In this document: piece by piece, positions 10,608 to 20,940 of the stretch
Layout of the letters: each line of letters begins with the position of its first letter
Numbering within the stretch: position 1 is the stretch's first letter
NCBI GenBank assembly: GCA_965224085.1
Contig: CBDCYI010000004.1
Span: forward strand, 352,001-416,000
DNA: 64,000 nucleotides
DNA from: Candidatus Marinacidobacterales bacterium
Lineage (GTDB): Bacteria > Acidobacteriota > Vicinamibacteria > Marinacidobacterales > SMYC01
Direction: 5' to 3'
The notes under the pieces: generated by a model
Database searches by the model: none
What the model saw: the letters and a program-made list of their open reading frames with translations, nothing else
Told to the model about the DNA's origin: nothing
Program-made: the position numbers and the translations under genes

Positions 10608-11500
10608 GCCGCTCTTCTTTTCTGCAGCTCTTCGACCACGTGCTCGGCCATCGCGAGAGGGATGTCGACCCCGGTTATCTCGATACTGTTTTTGAACTCC
10701 ATCGTGTCGTTTACTTCGTTCACGAGATAGCCGCCGCCGTTGGCGTCGGCGTCGGCGTCCTCAGTCTCGAAAAGATCGATGGCGAGCATACCGCCGCCGA
10801 CAGCGCGCGCAGCTTGGAGCGAGATCGAGGCGAGCTCATCGGAAACTGGACAGTTCGACGCGACCGCGCCGCGCGCGGTGTTCGTGCGCCAATGCGCGCT
10901 CGTTCGCGCGATGGCTGCAATGCAGCGCCCACCCACGACGAAGCTTCGAATGTCGCGGCCACCTTTATCGACGTAGCGCTGCAAGTAATAGATCTGATGT
11001 TGGTAGTTCCCGAGCGCCGCTTTATGCTCGAGCAAGCTCTCCGCTGCATCGGCGTCGTCGGCGCGCGCGATGAGCCGGCCCCACGATCCTATGACCGGCT
11101 TCATCACGACCGGGTAACCCATCGCCTTCGTCGCTTCGAGAGCAGAGTCTTCAGTGAACGCTACCCGCAAATCGGGGTGCGGGACCCCGGCCTCGAGAAG
11201 TGCTAACGACATGCGGAGCTTGTCACCGCAAAGCGCCGCCACCGCCGCTTCGTTGAAGCAGCGAAGGCCGCGTGATTCGAAGAGATAGCGCGCATAGAGC
11301 CCACGCGAGAAACTTACGCTACGCGCCAGCACCGCGTCGTAGGGAAGAGGCGGCGCCGTGCCACCCGGGTCGAACCCGAGCTTGCGATCGTCCAGACAGG
11401 CGACTTCGACGCCGCCGAGGCGGTTGAACGCGTCGAGCAGGAGCTTCTCCTCACGGCGTATCACCGAGTGGAGAAGTGCTACGCGGAGCTGACTACTCAC
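10604..11500 (-). CDS. lysX: LysW ligase (ATP-grasp, LysX/ArgX)
   Basis: [31 protein letters not shown] and MEFKNS motifs. Confidence 0.92.
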   Translation of the reverse strand: MSSQLRVALLHSVIRREEKLLLDAFNRLGGVEVACLDDRKLGFDPGGTAPPLPYDAVLARSVSFSRGLYARYLFESRGLRCFNEAAVAALCGDKLRMSLALLEAGVPHPDLRVAFTEDSALEATKAMGYPVVMKPVIGSWGRLIARADDADAAESLLEHKAALGNYQHQIYYLQRYVDKGGRDIRSFVVGGRCIAAIARTSAHWRTNTARGAVASNCPVSDELASISLQAARAVGGGMLAIDLFETEDADADANGGGYLVNEVNDTMEFKNSIEITGVDIPLAMAEHVVEELQKRRAA

Positions 11501-11657
11501 CCCAGTCTTCCGCCTCGAGCGGTGCTTCTACGAACCGTACCGGCTGAAGAGAAATCACTTCGAGCTCCGAGCTGCATTCACCGCAGTCCAAGAGCTCGCT
11601 GAGCACGGCATTGGTCGGCAAATGGACGCCGCCGCCACAGACAGGACAAGCGTTCAT
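11493..11657 (-). CDS. lysW: LysW amino-group carrier protein (54 aa; absent from the ORF track)
   Basis: Manual translation [54 protein letters not shown]: two CxxC pairs and C-terminal EDWGE; GGAGGAGG RBS. Confidence 0.97.
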   Translation of the reverse strand: MNACPVCGGGVHLPTNAVLSELLDCGECSSELEVISLQPVRFVEAPLEAEDWGE

Positions 11658-11738
11658 GATGGAACCTCCTCCACTGAGTCGCTAGTGGGTCAAATTGAAG
11701 AGTAGGGCTCCTCCCAAGATCCACCAAAGAAATCCGAA

Positions 11739-11777
11739 ATTTTGTTACAAGAATAGAATTATTGTTATATTTATAAC
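11739..11777. promoter_or_regulatory. AT-rich divergent control region with palindrome GTTATA-TT-TATAAC
   Basis: Inverted repeat at 11764-11777 overlapping an extended -10 (TG-T-TATATT) 6 nt before GTG 11778; second TTGTTA half-site upstream. Confidence 0.55.
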
Positions 11778-12431
11778 GTGAAAACGATCTCGGAAGCTGT
11801 GGAGACGTTGATCGAAGGCCATCCGGGACTTCGATTCGGGTTCCACCATCGCCTGCTCAACTTGAGCCAGCTCGCGCGCTTCTTGCGGCCGAGCATCGAG
11901 GCGCAGACGCACAAGGAAGTCACGGAGTCCGCGGTGCTGATGAACCTATCGCGGCTCTCGCGGCGCGCCGCGCCGGCGCCCGGCTCCCATGAAGACGAGC
12001 TCGTTCTCGACAAGGTCAGCGTCCAATCGGGTTTGTGCTCGGCGACCCTTTTCAAAACACCGGAGAGCCATCGTGAGCTGAACCGCGTCTTCCAGCGCAT
12101 CCAATCCAAAAACGGCTTCGTCACCGTCACCGAAGGCATTCGCGAGATTACGATGATCGTCGAGGCCGAGAATCTCGAGCTTCTTCTCGGAGCACTCAGT
12201 GCCGCGCCACGTATCGTGCATCGGAACCTCGCTTCGGTCGGTATGACCTTCGACACGCGCTATTTGAAAGTAAAAGGCATTCTCCATCAGCTTCTGGAGG
12301 AGGTCGCGCTGCAAAACATCAACGTCATCGAAGTGACGTCGACCGCCACCGAGTTCTCTGTCTTCCTAGAGCAGGCCGACGTGCAGCTGGCCTTCGACGC
12401 TATCTTCAACCGCTTCGGCCGACGCGGCTGA
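11778..12431 (+). CDS. ACT-domain protein (aspartate-kinase regulatory-like), putative regulator
   Basis: N-terminal helical region LNLSQLAR..AVLMNLSR; C-terminal ACT-like GILHQLLEEVALQNINVIEVTSTATEF; no kinase domain. Confidence 0.75.
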   Translation: MKTISEAVETLIEGHPGLRFGFHHRLLNLSQLARFLRPSIEAQTHKEVTESAVLMNLSRLSRRAAPAPGSHEDELVLDKVSVQSGLCSATLFKTPESHRELNRVFQRIQSKNGFVTVTEGIREITMIVEAENLELLLGALSAAPRIVHRNLASVGMTFDTRYLKVKGILHQLLEEVALQNINVIEVTSTATEFSVFLEQADVQLAFDAIFNRFGRRG

Positions 12432-12521
12432 CGTCGAGGACGCACACTTTCGGAAAAACGGATGCTATTCTGTTGATATTCCGTGCGATACCCTATGACC
12501 GCCGAGTCCTAGCTCCGAGAG

Positions 12522-13126
12522 ATGTGGGAGCGTATACGCTTCTCCGCCCTCGAGATCCCCGATGACGTGAACGTCATCGAGCTCGGTGCGCGCGCCCTTC
12601 TCTGGGCGGGCTTGATCCTGCTCGGTTGGAGCTATGTTGCCTTGCCGCTCATGCGCTCACAGGTGTCTCCGAGCTTCGTGCACTTTCTGCTCGCGCGGAT
12701 CGATCTCGTTTTTTACGAGGCCGGACACATTCTCTTTCTACCCTTCGGAAGATTCTTGAGTGTGCTTGGCGGTTCCCTCCTTCAGATTCTCATCCCGCTC
12801 GTCTGCACCTACACATTCCTTCTGCGCCACCAAAACTCCTTTGGCGCTTCCGTCACTCTCTGGTGGACCGGGCAAAGCTTCATCGAGCTCGCGCCTTACG
12901 TTGCTGATGCAAGCTCGCAAGGACTTCTCCTTCTTGGAGGCGTGACGGGGCAAGACGCCCCCGGCGCGCACGATTGGAACAATCTCTTGAGCTGGACGGG
13001 CCTCCTCCGCTACGACCGCACGCTCGGTGTGGCGACCCATATGTGGGCGCTAGTTTGATCGTCCTCGCGCTCGTCTGGGGCGGTTACCTTTTGTGGAATC
13101 AGTACGAGTTCGTGCGCGACGCGTGA
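12522..13126 (+). pseudogene. Membrane protein with degenerate HExxH motif (YEAGH), frameshifted near the C-terminus
   Basis: LGGSLLQ, YVADA and HDWNNLL motifs; hydrophobic tail continues in another frame to TGA 13124-13126. Confidence 0.6.
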
Positions 13127-13147
13127 GGCTTGTTCTTAAGGAACAAA

Positions 13148-13163
13148 TGGCATCGGGTTTGCA
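13148..13163 (+). promoter_or_regulatory. Sigma54 (-24/-12) promoter
   Basis: TGGCATCGGGTTTGCA: GG and GC 10 nt apart, matching TGGCAC-N5-TTGCW. Confidence 0.7.
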
Positions 13164-13173
13164 GGAAGAGTCA

Positions 13174-13315
13174 ATAACCTGCTTTCATGGGTCGCCGGTG
13201 TTCCGGTACGAAACAAAACGATTCACGGGTTGTTTCGATTTGGGCCGGTAGTTTGGGCGGGGCTGGGACTAGGGTCTTCGGACTTTCGGTTGGGGGAACC
13301 AGCCCCGCCCTTTAA
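13174..13315 (+). ncRNA. Candidate structured small RNA
   Basis: Follows the sigma54 site; stem CGAAACAA/TTGTTTCG; 12-bp perfect stem 13255-13266/13299-13310 enclosing a C-UUCG-G hairpin; followed by TTT. Confidence 0.55.
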
Positions 13316-13319
13316 CTAT

Positions 13320-13749
13320 TTACGAGGCCGCGCCGTGAGACAGTTGCCGGCGCTTCGTGGCCCATCGCGCAAGCCAGGCAAGGCCAAACGCGATCTCGCC
13401 CAAGACGGTACCCATCCCTCCCCCGAACAACGCTGCCTGAAGGTGAGCCAGCAGGTGATCGCCAAGCTCGCCGCGAAAGTGTGCCGGATCGGTATAGTAA
13501 GTTGGAACACCCAGTCCGGAGCTAAGCGATAGAAAGAGCGACAGCACCGCGGTGTAGACGATCGCGAGGCCGAAAGCCGTCGCGGGAACGTCGCCGAGCG
13601 TGCCGCCTCTCCACCCGAAATAAGCCGTATAGCCGACCAAGCGCGACGAGCAGCACGATGGTGAGGCTCACCAGCTTGCCGCCGGTCTCGATGGGAATCC
13701 CTATCGGCGTCATGAAGAAGCGGAGCAGACCGACCACGAAAAGTGCCAC
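13320..13749 (-). pseudogene. Frameshifted integral membrane protein
   Basis: Two overlapping hydrophobic ORFs (13522-13749 and 13320-13640) that read as one protein. Confidence 0.5.
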
Positions 13750-13820
13750 GAAACCCTACCTTCGAACTCCGAAAGCGGTATGCACACGAGATGTTCTTTG
13801 TCGCGGGTATGGAGCGCGCT

Positions 13821-14105
13821 TTAGACACCCGCGCTCTGGATCCAGTCGATCGTGTCGACGTGCACGAAGTAGATCCGTGTCTGCGATTTTACCGGAAGCT
13901 TGTCGACGTAAGCATCGTTCAAGGTCGTTCGAAAAGCGAGCAGGCGTTCGGTGAGCTCTTGAGGGATGCCGTCCGGCATGTCGAGGATTTGGCCGACGAC
14001 AGACGTGGCCGCCTCGAGACGGTCGGCCACTTTGTCGAGGCCGAAGCCAGGTGCGGCGCAGATAGTGAGGACCGCGACGAACGTTCCAAGCTGTTTCAAG
14101 ACCAA
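13821..14105 (-). pseudogene. Chimeric remnant: signal peptide + Ysc84/SYLF-like N-terminus joined to a LytTR-like fragment
   Basis: DRLEAATSVVGQILDMPDGIPQEL followed by LPVKSQTRIYFVHVDTIDWIQSAG. Confidence 0.55.
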
Positions 14106-14178
14106 GATCTTCCTCCCCGGCGAGAGGGCGCGCTACACCCAGATTGGACACGGGGTTCCGCGAACACCAAGTCCGCGG

Positions 14179-14904
14179 CTATGGCGCTTCGCCTTCGTCC
14201 GCAAGCGCGCCACCCGCGAGTCGCGCGAGCTCACCGATCACGTAGCCCACTACACAAGCCGACCAGAAAATGGCCGGAAAGATGCCGATGCATAAGGCGA
14301 TGAAACCGAACTGCGCGATGAAACTAGCCAGCAGGATGGCGAGAAGCGCCGTGAGATAGGCCGCACTATGGTTGCGGATGAAGGCGATGTTTTCCATGAC
14401 ATCGAACGCGGCGCCGAGCCTATTGGTTCGGACGAAACGTACGAACGCGGCGGGCACGTGGACGAGAATGGCGAACGAAAACACGAAGACAACGAGCCAT
14501 GCTGCCAAAAGAGCTGGAAGGCCGAAATAGAGGAACTCTTCCGGGATAGCGCGCTCACCGCCGTGGAGAAAAATGCCGCCGAAGAGCGCGAGAAAGGTGA
14601 GGAAGGTCAAAATGAATACGGGAAGCTTGTGCGCGAGCGAGATCGCGACGCCCTTCAAGCCGTCGATGAAGATTTCTCTTAGATCGTCCCACTCCGGGAG
14701 CAAAGGCGTCGCGCCGCGCATCGTGTTGCGAGCGAGTGCGACGGCATAGCCGGCGATAAACACCGTCCCGATGAGAAACGGCGAGAGTAGGGCAAACAGA
14801 GATCCGACGAGAAGCTTCTGCACCCAGTCGGGATCTTCGAAGAAAAAGGTGAGCGTCCGGGAAAGATCTAATCCTTCCGCGGTGTCGTTAGGGATGCTCG
14901 ACAT
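14179..14904 (-). CDS. DUF4013-like membrane protein
   Basis: FFFEDPDWVQKLLVG, GY, LPEWDD and F..GLK motifs. Confidence 0.75.
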   Translation of the reverse strand: MSSIPNDTAEGLDLSRTLTFFFEDPDWVQKLLVGSLFALLSPFLIGTVFIAGYAVALARNTMRGATPLLPEWDDLREIFIDGLKGVAISLAHKLPVFILTFLTFLALFGGIFLHGGERAIPEEFLYFGLPALLAAWLVVFVFSFAILVHVPAAFVRFVRTNRLGAAFDVMENIAFIRNHSAAYLTALLAILLASFIAQFGFIALCIGIFPAIFWSACVVGYVIGELARLAGGALADEGEAP

Positions 14905-15034
14905 GACTCGTCTTTATCATGGTTATAGCAGCAAATATTCATTATAGCCAACGAGATACAGAGACCCGGACGTCGCGCGGCGATTCTGATAAAGTTAAGG
15001 GCTCTAGGGTTCGATTTCCTCCTAAGGAGCCCCG

Positions 15035-17743
15035 ATGACCGAATCCATACACAACCCACTAGGTACCCGCACGACGCTCGACACCACCGAGGGCACCGGG
15101 CACGCCTACGCTCTCGAGCCGCTCGAAAAAGCTGGCCTGGGGAACATCTCGAGGATGCCGTTCAGCATAAAGGTGCTCTTGGAGGCCGTGGTCCGCAATT
15201 GTGACGGTGAGATCGTCACCGAAGACGATATCAAGACCCTCGCCGGCTGGCAGGCAAGCGACCCTGGCGACAGCGAAGTGCCCTTTTTGCCCGCACGCGT
15301 CATCCTTCAAGATTTCACGGGCGTTCCGGCCGTAGTCGATCTCGCGGCCATGCGATCGACGCTCGAGCGTCTGGGCGGCGACCCGGCACGCATCAACCCG
15401 GCCGTCCCGGTGGATCTCGTCATCGACCACTCGGTGCAGGTCGATGTGTTCGGAACGCCGCTCGCGCTCAGCCGCAACGCCGAAATCGAGTTCGAGCGCA
15501 ACCGCGAGCGCTACGAGTTTCTGCGCTGGGGAAAAAACGCCTTTGATGGCTTCCGCGTCGTGCCCCCCGCTACCGGGATCGTGCACCAGGTCAATCTCGA
15601 ATATCTCGCGACGGTCGTCATGAAGGGCGAGAAAAACGGCGAGACGTTTCTCTTTCCCGACAGCCTGGTGGGGACCGACTCGCATACGACGATGATCAAC
15701 GGCCTCGGCGTGCTCGGATGGGGCGTCGGCGGCATCGAAGCCGAAGCGGGCATGCTCGGACAGCCGTCCTATCTCATCATGCCGCAGGTCATCGGCTTCA
15801 AGATGCACGGGCAGCTGCGCGAGGGTGTTACCGCCACCGACTTGGTGCTCGTCGTGACCCAGATGCTTCGTGAAAAGGGCGTCGTCGAGAAGTTCGTCGA
15901 GTTCTACGGACAAGGCCTGTCTCAAATGTCCCTTCCCGATCGCGCAACGGTAGCGAACATGGCTCCAGAATACGGCGCGACGATGGGCTTTTTTCCGGTG
16001 GACGAGGAGACCCTTCGTTTTCTTCGGCGCACGGGCCGAAGCGACAGCCAAGTCGCGCGGGTCGAAGCCTATACGAAGATGCAGGGACTGTTCCGCACCG
16101 ATGAGGCGGCGGACCCTGAATTCACCGATACGCTCGAGCTCGATCTGGCCACTGTCGAGCCCAGCCTTGCAGGTCCCAAGCGCCCGCAAGACCGCATCGC
16201 GCTTTCCGGCATGAAGGACGCGTTCCGATCGGCGCTCACCACCTCGCCAAAAGAGCGCGGCTTCGGGTTGTCGTCCGACGAGCTTTCGCGGACTGCGACC
16301 GTGGCCTTCAACGGCACGCGCGAAAACGTCGGCCACGGCGCCGTGGTCATTGCCGCGATTACCTCTTGCACGAACACTTCGAATCCCTCGGTCATGTTGG
16401 CCGCGGGGCTGCTCGCCAAAAAAGCGACGGAGCGCGGGCTCAAAGTGCCGCCTTACGTCAAGACCTCGCTTGCGCCGGGCTCGAAAGTCGTGACCGAGTA
16501 TTTGCGCGAAGCCGGACTTCTCGCTTCGCTGGCCGATCTCGGGTTTCACCTCGTCGGTTATGGCTGCACGACCTGCATCGGCAATAGCGGTCCGCTTCCG
16601 GAGCCCGTTGAGAAGGCGGTCTCCGAAGGAGAGCTCGTCGCGGCCGCGGTGCTGTCGGGCAACCGCAATTTCGAAGGACGCGTCCACTCGCGCGTGCGCG
16701 CGAACTATCTTGCCTCGCCGCCTCTCGTCGTGGCTTATGCGCTCGCGGGCACCGTGGATCTCGACCTCGCGAGCGAGCCGCTCGGAAAAGACGTCGAGGG
16801 ACAAGCTGTCTATCTCGGGGACATTTGGCCAAGCCAAGAAGAAGTCAACGACATGCTGGATAAAGCGATCCGTCCGGCCATGTTCAAGAAGATGTACGGG
16901 AACGTCTGGGACGGGAACGCAGAGTGGAACAAGATCCCCGTCTCCGGCGGGAAGCTCTACGAGTGGAGCGAAGCGTCGACTTATATTCAGGAGCCACCGT
17001 TTTTCGAAGGCTTGACGCTCGAGTTCAATCCGCTTCAGAACATTTCGCGCGCGCGCGTGCTCGCGCTTCTCGGGGACTCGGTCACGACGGATCACATCTC
17101 CCCCGCTGGCGACATCCCGAACGACTCGCCCGCGGGACAGTACCTGCGCGCGCGCGGGCTCGAGAAGAAAGACTTCAACTCCTATGGCTCACGCCGCGGC
17201 AACGATCGGGTGATGCTCCGCGGCACTTTCGCGAATATCCGCATCAAGAACCAGCTCGTGCCCGGCGTCGAAGGCGGCTACACGGTGCACCTCCCGAGCG
17301 GCGAGCAGATGTTCATCTACGACGCGGCGATGCGCTATCAGGAGGAGGAGACACCGCTCGTCGTGGTCGCCGGAAAAGAATACGGCACCGGCTCCTCGCG
17401 CGACTGGGCCGCTAAAGGCACGCTCCTCATGGGGGTAAGGGCCGTCCTCGCGGAAAGCTACGAGCGCATTCATCGGAGTAATCTCGTGGGGATGGGCGTC
17501 CTCCCGCTTCAGTTCAAGCAAGGCGATGGAGCTGTGAGTCTTGGCATCACGGGTCAAGAGACGTTCGACATCAAACTGGGCGAGGATATCGAGCCGCGGC
17601 AAGAGCTCTCGGTGACCGCTACCCGTCCCGACGGCACGACCTTCACGTTCGATGTCATCGCCCGGCTCGACTCGAACGTGGACGTCACGTATTACAAAAA
17701 CGGCGGGATTCTGCACACGGTGCTTCGAAACCTGGCGAAGTAG
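15035..17743 (+). CDS. acnA: Aconitate hydratase A
   Basis: [33 protein letters not shown] and [10 protein letters not shown] motifs. Confidence 0.98.
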   Translation: MTESIHNPLGTRTTLDTTEGTGHAYALEPLEKAGLGNISRMPFSIKVLLEAVVRNCDGEIVTEDDIKTLAGWQASDPGDSEVPFLPARVILQDFTGVPAVVDLAAMRSTLERLGGDPARINPAVPVDLVIDHSVQVDVFGTPLALSRNAEIEFERNRERYEFLRWGKNAFDGFRVVPPATGIVHQVNLEYLATVVMKGEKNGETFLFPDSLVGTDSHTTMINGLGVLGWGVGGIEAEAGMLGQPSYLIMPQVIGFKMHGQLREGVTATDLVLVVTQMLREKGVVEKFVEFYGQGLSQMSLPDRATVANMAPEYGATMGFFPVDEETLRFLRRTGRSDSQVARVEAYTKMQGLFRTDEAADPEFTDTLELDLATVEPSLAGPKRPQDRIALSGMKDAFRSALTTSPKERGFGLSSDELSRTATVAFNGTRENVGHGAVVIAAITSCTNTSNPSVMLAAGLLAKKATERGLKVPPYVKTSLAPGSKVVTEYLREAGLLASLADLGFHLVGYGCTTCIGNSGPLPEPVEKAVSEGELVAAAVLSGNRNFEGRVHSRVRANYLASPPLVVAYALAGTVDLDLASEPLGKDVEGQAVYLGDIWPSQEEVNDMLDKAIRPAMFKKMYGNVWDGNAEWNKIPVSGGKLYEWSEASTYIQEPPFFEGLTLEFNPLQNISRARVLALLGDSVTTDHISPAGDIPNDSPAGQYLRARGLEKKDFNSYGSRRGNDRVMLRGTFANIRIKNQLVPGVEGGYTVHLPSGEQMFIYDAAMRYQEEETPLVVVAGKEYGTGSSRDWAAKGTLLMGVRAVLAESYERIHRSNLVGMGVLPLQFKQGDGAVSLGITGQETFDIKLGEDIEPRQELSVTATRPDGTTFTFDVIARLDSNVDVTYYKNGGILHTVLRNLAK

Positions 17744-17884
17744 ATCAAGATCTGCTGGCGAGCAAGTTTCCGAGACGAACCTACACGAGAAGATTCAGAC
17801 AGGCTTGGGCCAGTCGGTCGTGAGATCTTGTCGTGGCGCGCCACCCCGTCCCCGACAGGGGCGACGTTGTATCGTGCACTTCGA

Positions 17885-18184
17885 CTAGTCGTAGTCGAAA
17901 GGATGTGGCGGCGGGGAGTCGTCCTTGTCCGCTTTTTCGAAGGCCTCTCGGAACTTCTTTTCGAGAAGCTCTTCTTTGTGCTCCTCCTCACGGACCGCTT
18001 GCGCGAAAGTGTCCTCCGCGTCGGTCTTGCGTTTCTTGTTACGCTCCACCGCTTGCTCGAACGTGACTTTGCCACCGCGCGGCGGCTCGTCGTGCGACAC
18101 AACAGCGCCGGTCTTGTGGTCGATGAGGAGCTTGGACTCGCAGCATGGGCAAACAACTTTGAAATCTTCATCGAGCATCGCCAA
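17885..18184 (-). CDS. Small hypothetical protein with a CPCC zinc-knuckle-like motif and coiled coil
   Basis: VVCPCCESKLLIDHKTG; GGAG RBS. Confidence 0.7.
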   Translation of the reverse strand: MAMLDEDFKVVCPCCESKLLIDHKTGAVVSHDEPPRGGKVTFEQAVERNKKRKTDAEDTFAQAVREEEHKEELLEKKFREAFEKADKDDSPPPHPFDYD

Positions 18185-18248
18185 CTCCTATGGATGCATG
18201 ATAGGGTAGCCGCCCATCGGATTTCAAAGCCATCGACGGGGAGGAGCC

Positions 18249-18674
18249 ATGAGCGATTACGAGGACGCGCAACTGATTCTCCAGTTCTACGGCCTGCGGC
18301 GGGAGTCCCGCCTTCGGGAGGCCCGCTCGTTCGTGCTCGGCCGATTGAAAGCGAAGAACGTCGAAGAGCTCAATGACCTCTGTCCTCCGGGCTCAGAGGA
18401 GAATGCCTCGTTTCGGCAAGTGGTGAGTTACTGGGATATGGTCGCCGCGATCGTGAAACGAGACACCGTCGAGAAAGAGCTCTTCTTCGAGACCAACAGT
18501 GAGATCACCGTGGTGTGGGAGAAGGTGAAGCACCTCGTCCCCGAGCTGCGGGTGCAGTTCGGAAACCCCGCTTTTCTCGAGAGTCTCGAGCAGATCGCTA
18601 AAGAGCGCGAGGCTTACCTGAACGCCAAAGTCCCGGACTATCTCGAGTCTTTGCGTGAGCGCCTAAGCGTCTGA
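18249..18674 (+). CDS. DUF4760-like hypothetical protein
   Basis: DAQLILQFYGLRRE..LREAR and RQVVSYWDM; GGAGG RBS. Confidence 0.7.
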   Translation: MSDYEDAQLILQFYGLRRESRLREARSFVLGRLKAKNVEELNDLCPPGSEENASFRQVVSYWDMVAAIVKRDTVEKELFFETNSEITVVWEKVKHLVPELRVQFGNPAFLESLEQIAKEREAYLNAKVPDYLESLRERLSV

Positions 18675-19172
18675 GCCCCCGGACGCTTCCGCGACCTGTT
18701 CCGACGTCATCCCGTAGATCGGGGGCGTCTCGATCCCGAGAAAGCCAGCATACGTATAGATTTGGCCGCGATGATGGATCTCGTGCTCGGGTAGGAGTCG
18801 AAGCCACTTCCATGTCGTAATAGGCGTGCCCGCGGGAGTGACACACTTGCCGCTCAAGTTCTCCGGCGTTAGCGTCGCGAAGATGGCCATCGACTCCTCG
18901 TGGCATTGATCGAAGAAGCGAAGAACGGCCTCTCGTCCGTCCGCGAGCTCCGTGCCGCACCCGCGATAGAGGCTCGGTTTCCCTTGAACGTTCTCGGCAT
19001 ACATGAAGCGCTCGATCGCTGCGAGATGGCGGATGAGATCGGCGAACGTAAACTTGCCTTCGATGGGCGTCCACTCCATCTTGTCGTCCGGGATGACGTC
19101 GATGAGTCGCTTCGTGCGCTGGCGCACCTTGCCGTAATACTCGAGAAACACGTTGATATGAGTGAACTCCAA
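18663..19172 (-). CDS. DinB family protein
   Basis: DLIRHLAAIER and EHEIHHRGQ motifs; TTG start just after the upstream gene. Confidence 0.85.
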   Translation of the reverse strand: MEFTHINVFLEYYGKVRQRTKRLIDVIPDDKMEWTPIEGKFTFADLIRHLAAIERFMYAENVQGKPSLYRGCGTELADGREAVLRFFDQCHEESMAIFATLTPENLSGKCVTPAGTPITTWKWLRLLPEHEIHHRGQIYTYAGFLGIETPPIYGMTSEQVAEASGGSDA

Positions 19173-19174
19173 AG

Positions 19175-20113
19175 TCAGCGCTCCAAGATCTTCGACAGAA
19201 CTTCCGTATCGATGTTGCCCCCCGAAACGATGCAGACGATCTTCTCGGCTTCGACTTTGTCGCTGAGCGCCACAGCTACGGGCACAGCGCCCGCGCCTTC
19301 GGACACGACGCGATTGCGCTCGACTAGGAGCCGAAGTGCTCTTTCCACTTCGGCGACACTCGCCGTGAAGGCTCCTTTCAAGAGCTCCTGCGCGAGTGGC
19401 CACATCTTCGGGAGCAGGCCTCCGCTTCCAATCCCATCCACGAAGGAAGGTTTCCGGTCGACCCCCGTCATCTCCCCGGCAGAGAAAGAAGCGCTCAAAG
19501 GCGCAGCGGTCTCGACCTCGACCCCGTAGACGCGCGTTTCAGGCCGCAACTCGGCGAGCCCGCTCGCGATGCCGCTCGAGAGGCCGCCGCCGCCCCAGGG
19601 GACCAACACGACGTCAGGGTCCGGCAAGTCCTCGAAAAGCTCGAGTGCGATCGTTCCATTCCCCGCCATGACGGGCTCGTCTTCGACCGGATGCAAGAAA
19701 AAGCCCTCGACTCTATCGAAGCGCCGCTCCGTCATGCACTGCCACCAAGCATCGTACGGCACGTCGATGTGACGCGCTCCGAGCCGATCGATCGCCGTGA
19801 GCTTTGTTTTGGGCGCGTGGTCGGGAACGATGATGGTGCACGGGATGTTCTTCTCGCGCGCCACCCATGCGACGCCTTGCGCCCAATTGCCGGCGCTCGC
19901 AGTGACGACGCCTTTTGCGATTTATTCGGGAGGCGCGAGCCGGAACGCGTTGATCGCGCCCCGCAGCTTGAACGAAGCGATGGGTTGGAGGTTCTCGAGC
20001 TTGAGATAAATCTCTCGTGGGCTCTCGGGGTAGTTCAAGCGCACGAGCGGCGTTCGCAATACCCGATCTTCGATAGCTTTTCTTGCGGCTCGGATCTCCG
20101 TGATGGGTATCAC
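19175..20113 (-). pseudogene. Threonine/serine dehydratase (PLP) with in-frame stop
   Basis: KLENLQPIASFKLRGA, then TAA at 19922-19924, then in-frame TASAGN and GGGGLSSG. Confidence 0.88.
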
Positions 20114-20163
20114 GGGCGAGTTGTACCACGTTCGGACTGGAGGCGTGGTGCTACACTGCCGTC

Positions 20164-20937
20164 GTGCTTCTCGTGCTCGATATCGGCAATGCGAAAACCG
20201 CCATCGGTGTGTATCACGACGGTGGCTGGAAGACCGATTGGCGCGTCACGACGCATCTCGACCATCTTGCCGACGAATACTACGTTCTTTTGAAATCACT
20301 TCTCGAGGACAAGGGGCTTTCCTGGAACGACATTTCCGGCGCCGTGATCGCGAGCGTGGTGCCGCCCTTGACCGCGACGTTTCAGGAGCTCACCGAGCGC
20401 TTGCTGGGACACCCTCCGCTCATCGTGGCGCTCGGCGTCGAGACCGGGATCGGCATCAAGATCGACAACCCGGAGGAGGTCGGCGCCGATCGCGTCGCCA
20501 ATACGGCGGCGGTGCATAAGCTCTATGGCGGACCGGCCATCGTGGCCGATCTAGGAACGGCGACGACCTTCGATGTGGTCTCGAAAGAGGGCGACTATCT
20601 CGGCGGCGCGATCGCTCCCGGGCTCGGGATCACAGCGGACGCGCTCGTGCGGCGCACCTCGAAGCTCCCAAGAGTCGAGCTCACCCTTCCGGAGAAGGCC
20701 ATCGGCACCAACACCGTGAGTGCGATGCGGTCCGGGCTCGTTCTCGGTTATCTAGGGCTCGTGAAGGAGCTCGTGGCGCGTCTCAAGACGGAAGTGCCCG
20801 GCGAGCCGAAAGTAATCGCGACCGGCGGCATGGCTGAGATCGTCGCCGAATGGACCCAAGTGATCGACATCGTAAACCCTCGGCTGACGCTCGAGGGCCT
20901 GAGGATCATCTACGAGCTGAATGAGTCGTTGGTATAG
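20164..20937 (+). CDS. coaX: Type III pantothenate kinase
   Basis: LDIGN, VGADR, DLGTATT, GGAIAPG and ATGG motifs. Confidence 0.95.
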   Translation: MLLVLDIGNAKTAIGVYHDGGWKTDWRVTTHLDHLADEYYVLLKSLLEDKGLSWNDISGAVIASVVPPLTATFQELTERLLGHPPLIVALGVETGIGIKIDNPEEVGADRVANTAAVHKLYGGPAIVADLGTATTFDVVSKEGDYLGGAIAPGLGITADALVRRTSKLPRVELTLPEKAIGTNTVSAMRSGLVLGYLGLVKELVARLKTEVPGEPKVIATGGMAEIVAEWTQVIDIVNPRLTLEGLRIIYELNESLV

Positions 20938-20940
20938 TTA

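Noticed and set aside
10742-10759. (GGCGTC)3 repeat giving DADADA in LysX
   Set aside because: In-frame low-complexity loop insertion with no evidence of function.
13187-13315. 42-codon ORF inside the candidate sRNA
   Set aside because: No RBS or recognisable protein features; strong RNA structure explains the region better, although a peptide is not excluded.
15059-17095. Long antisense or overlapping ORFs (678 aa here; also 1344-2504 and 49530-50594)
   Set aside because: Shadows of real genes in high-GC codon usage, with no motifs.
17746-17880. Short inverted repeats after acnA (CAAGATCT/AGATCTTG, GTGGCGCGCCAC)
   Set aside because: Too short and lacking promoter or terminator support to call an RNA.
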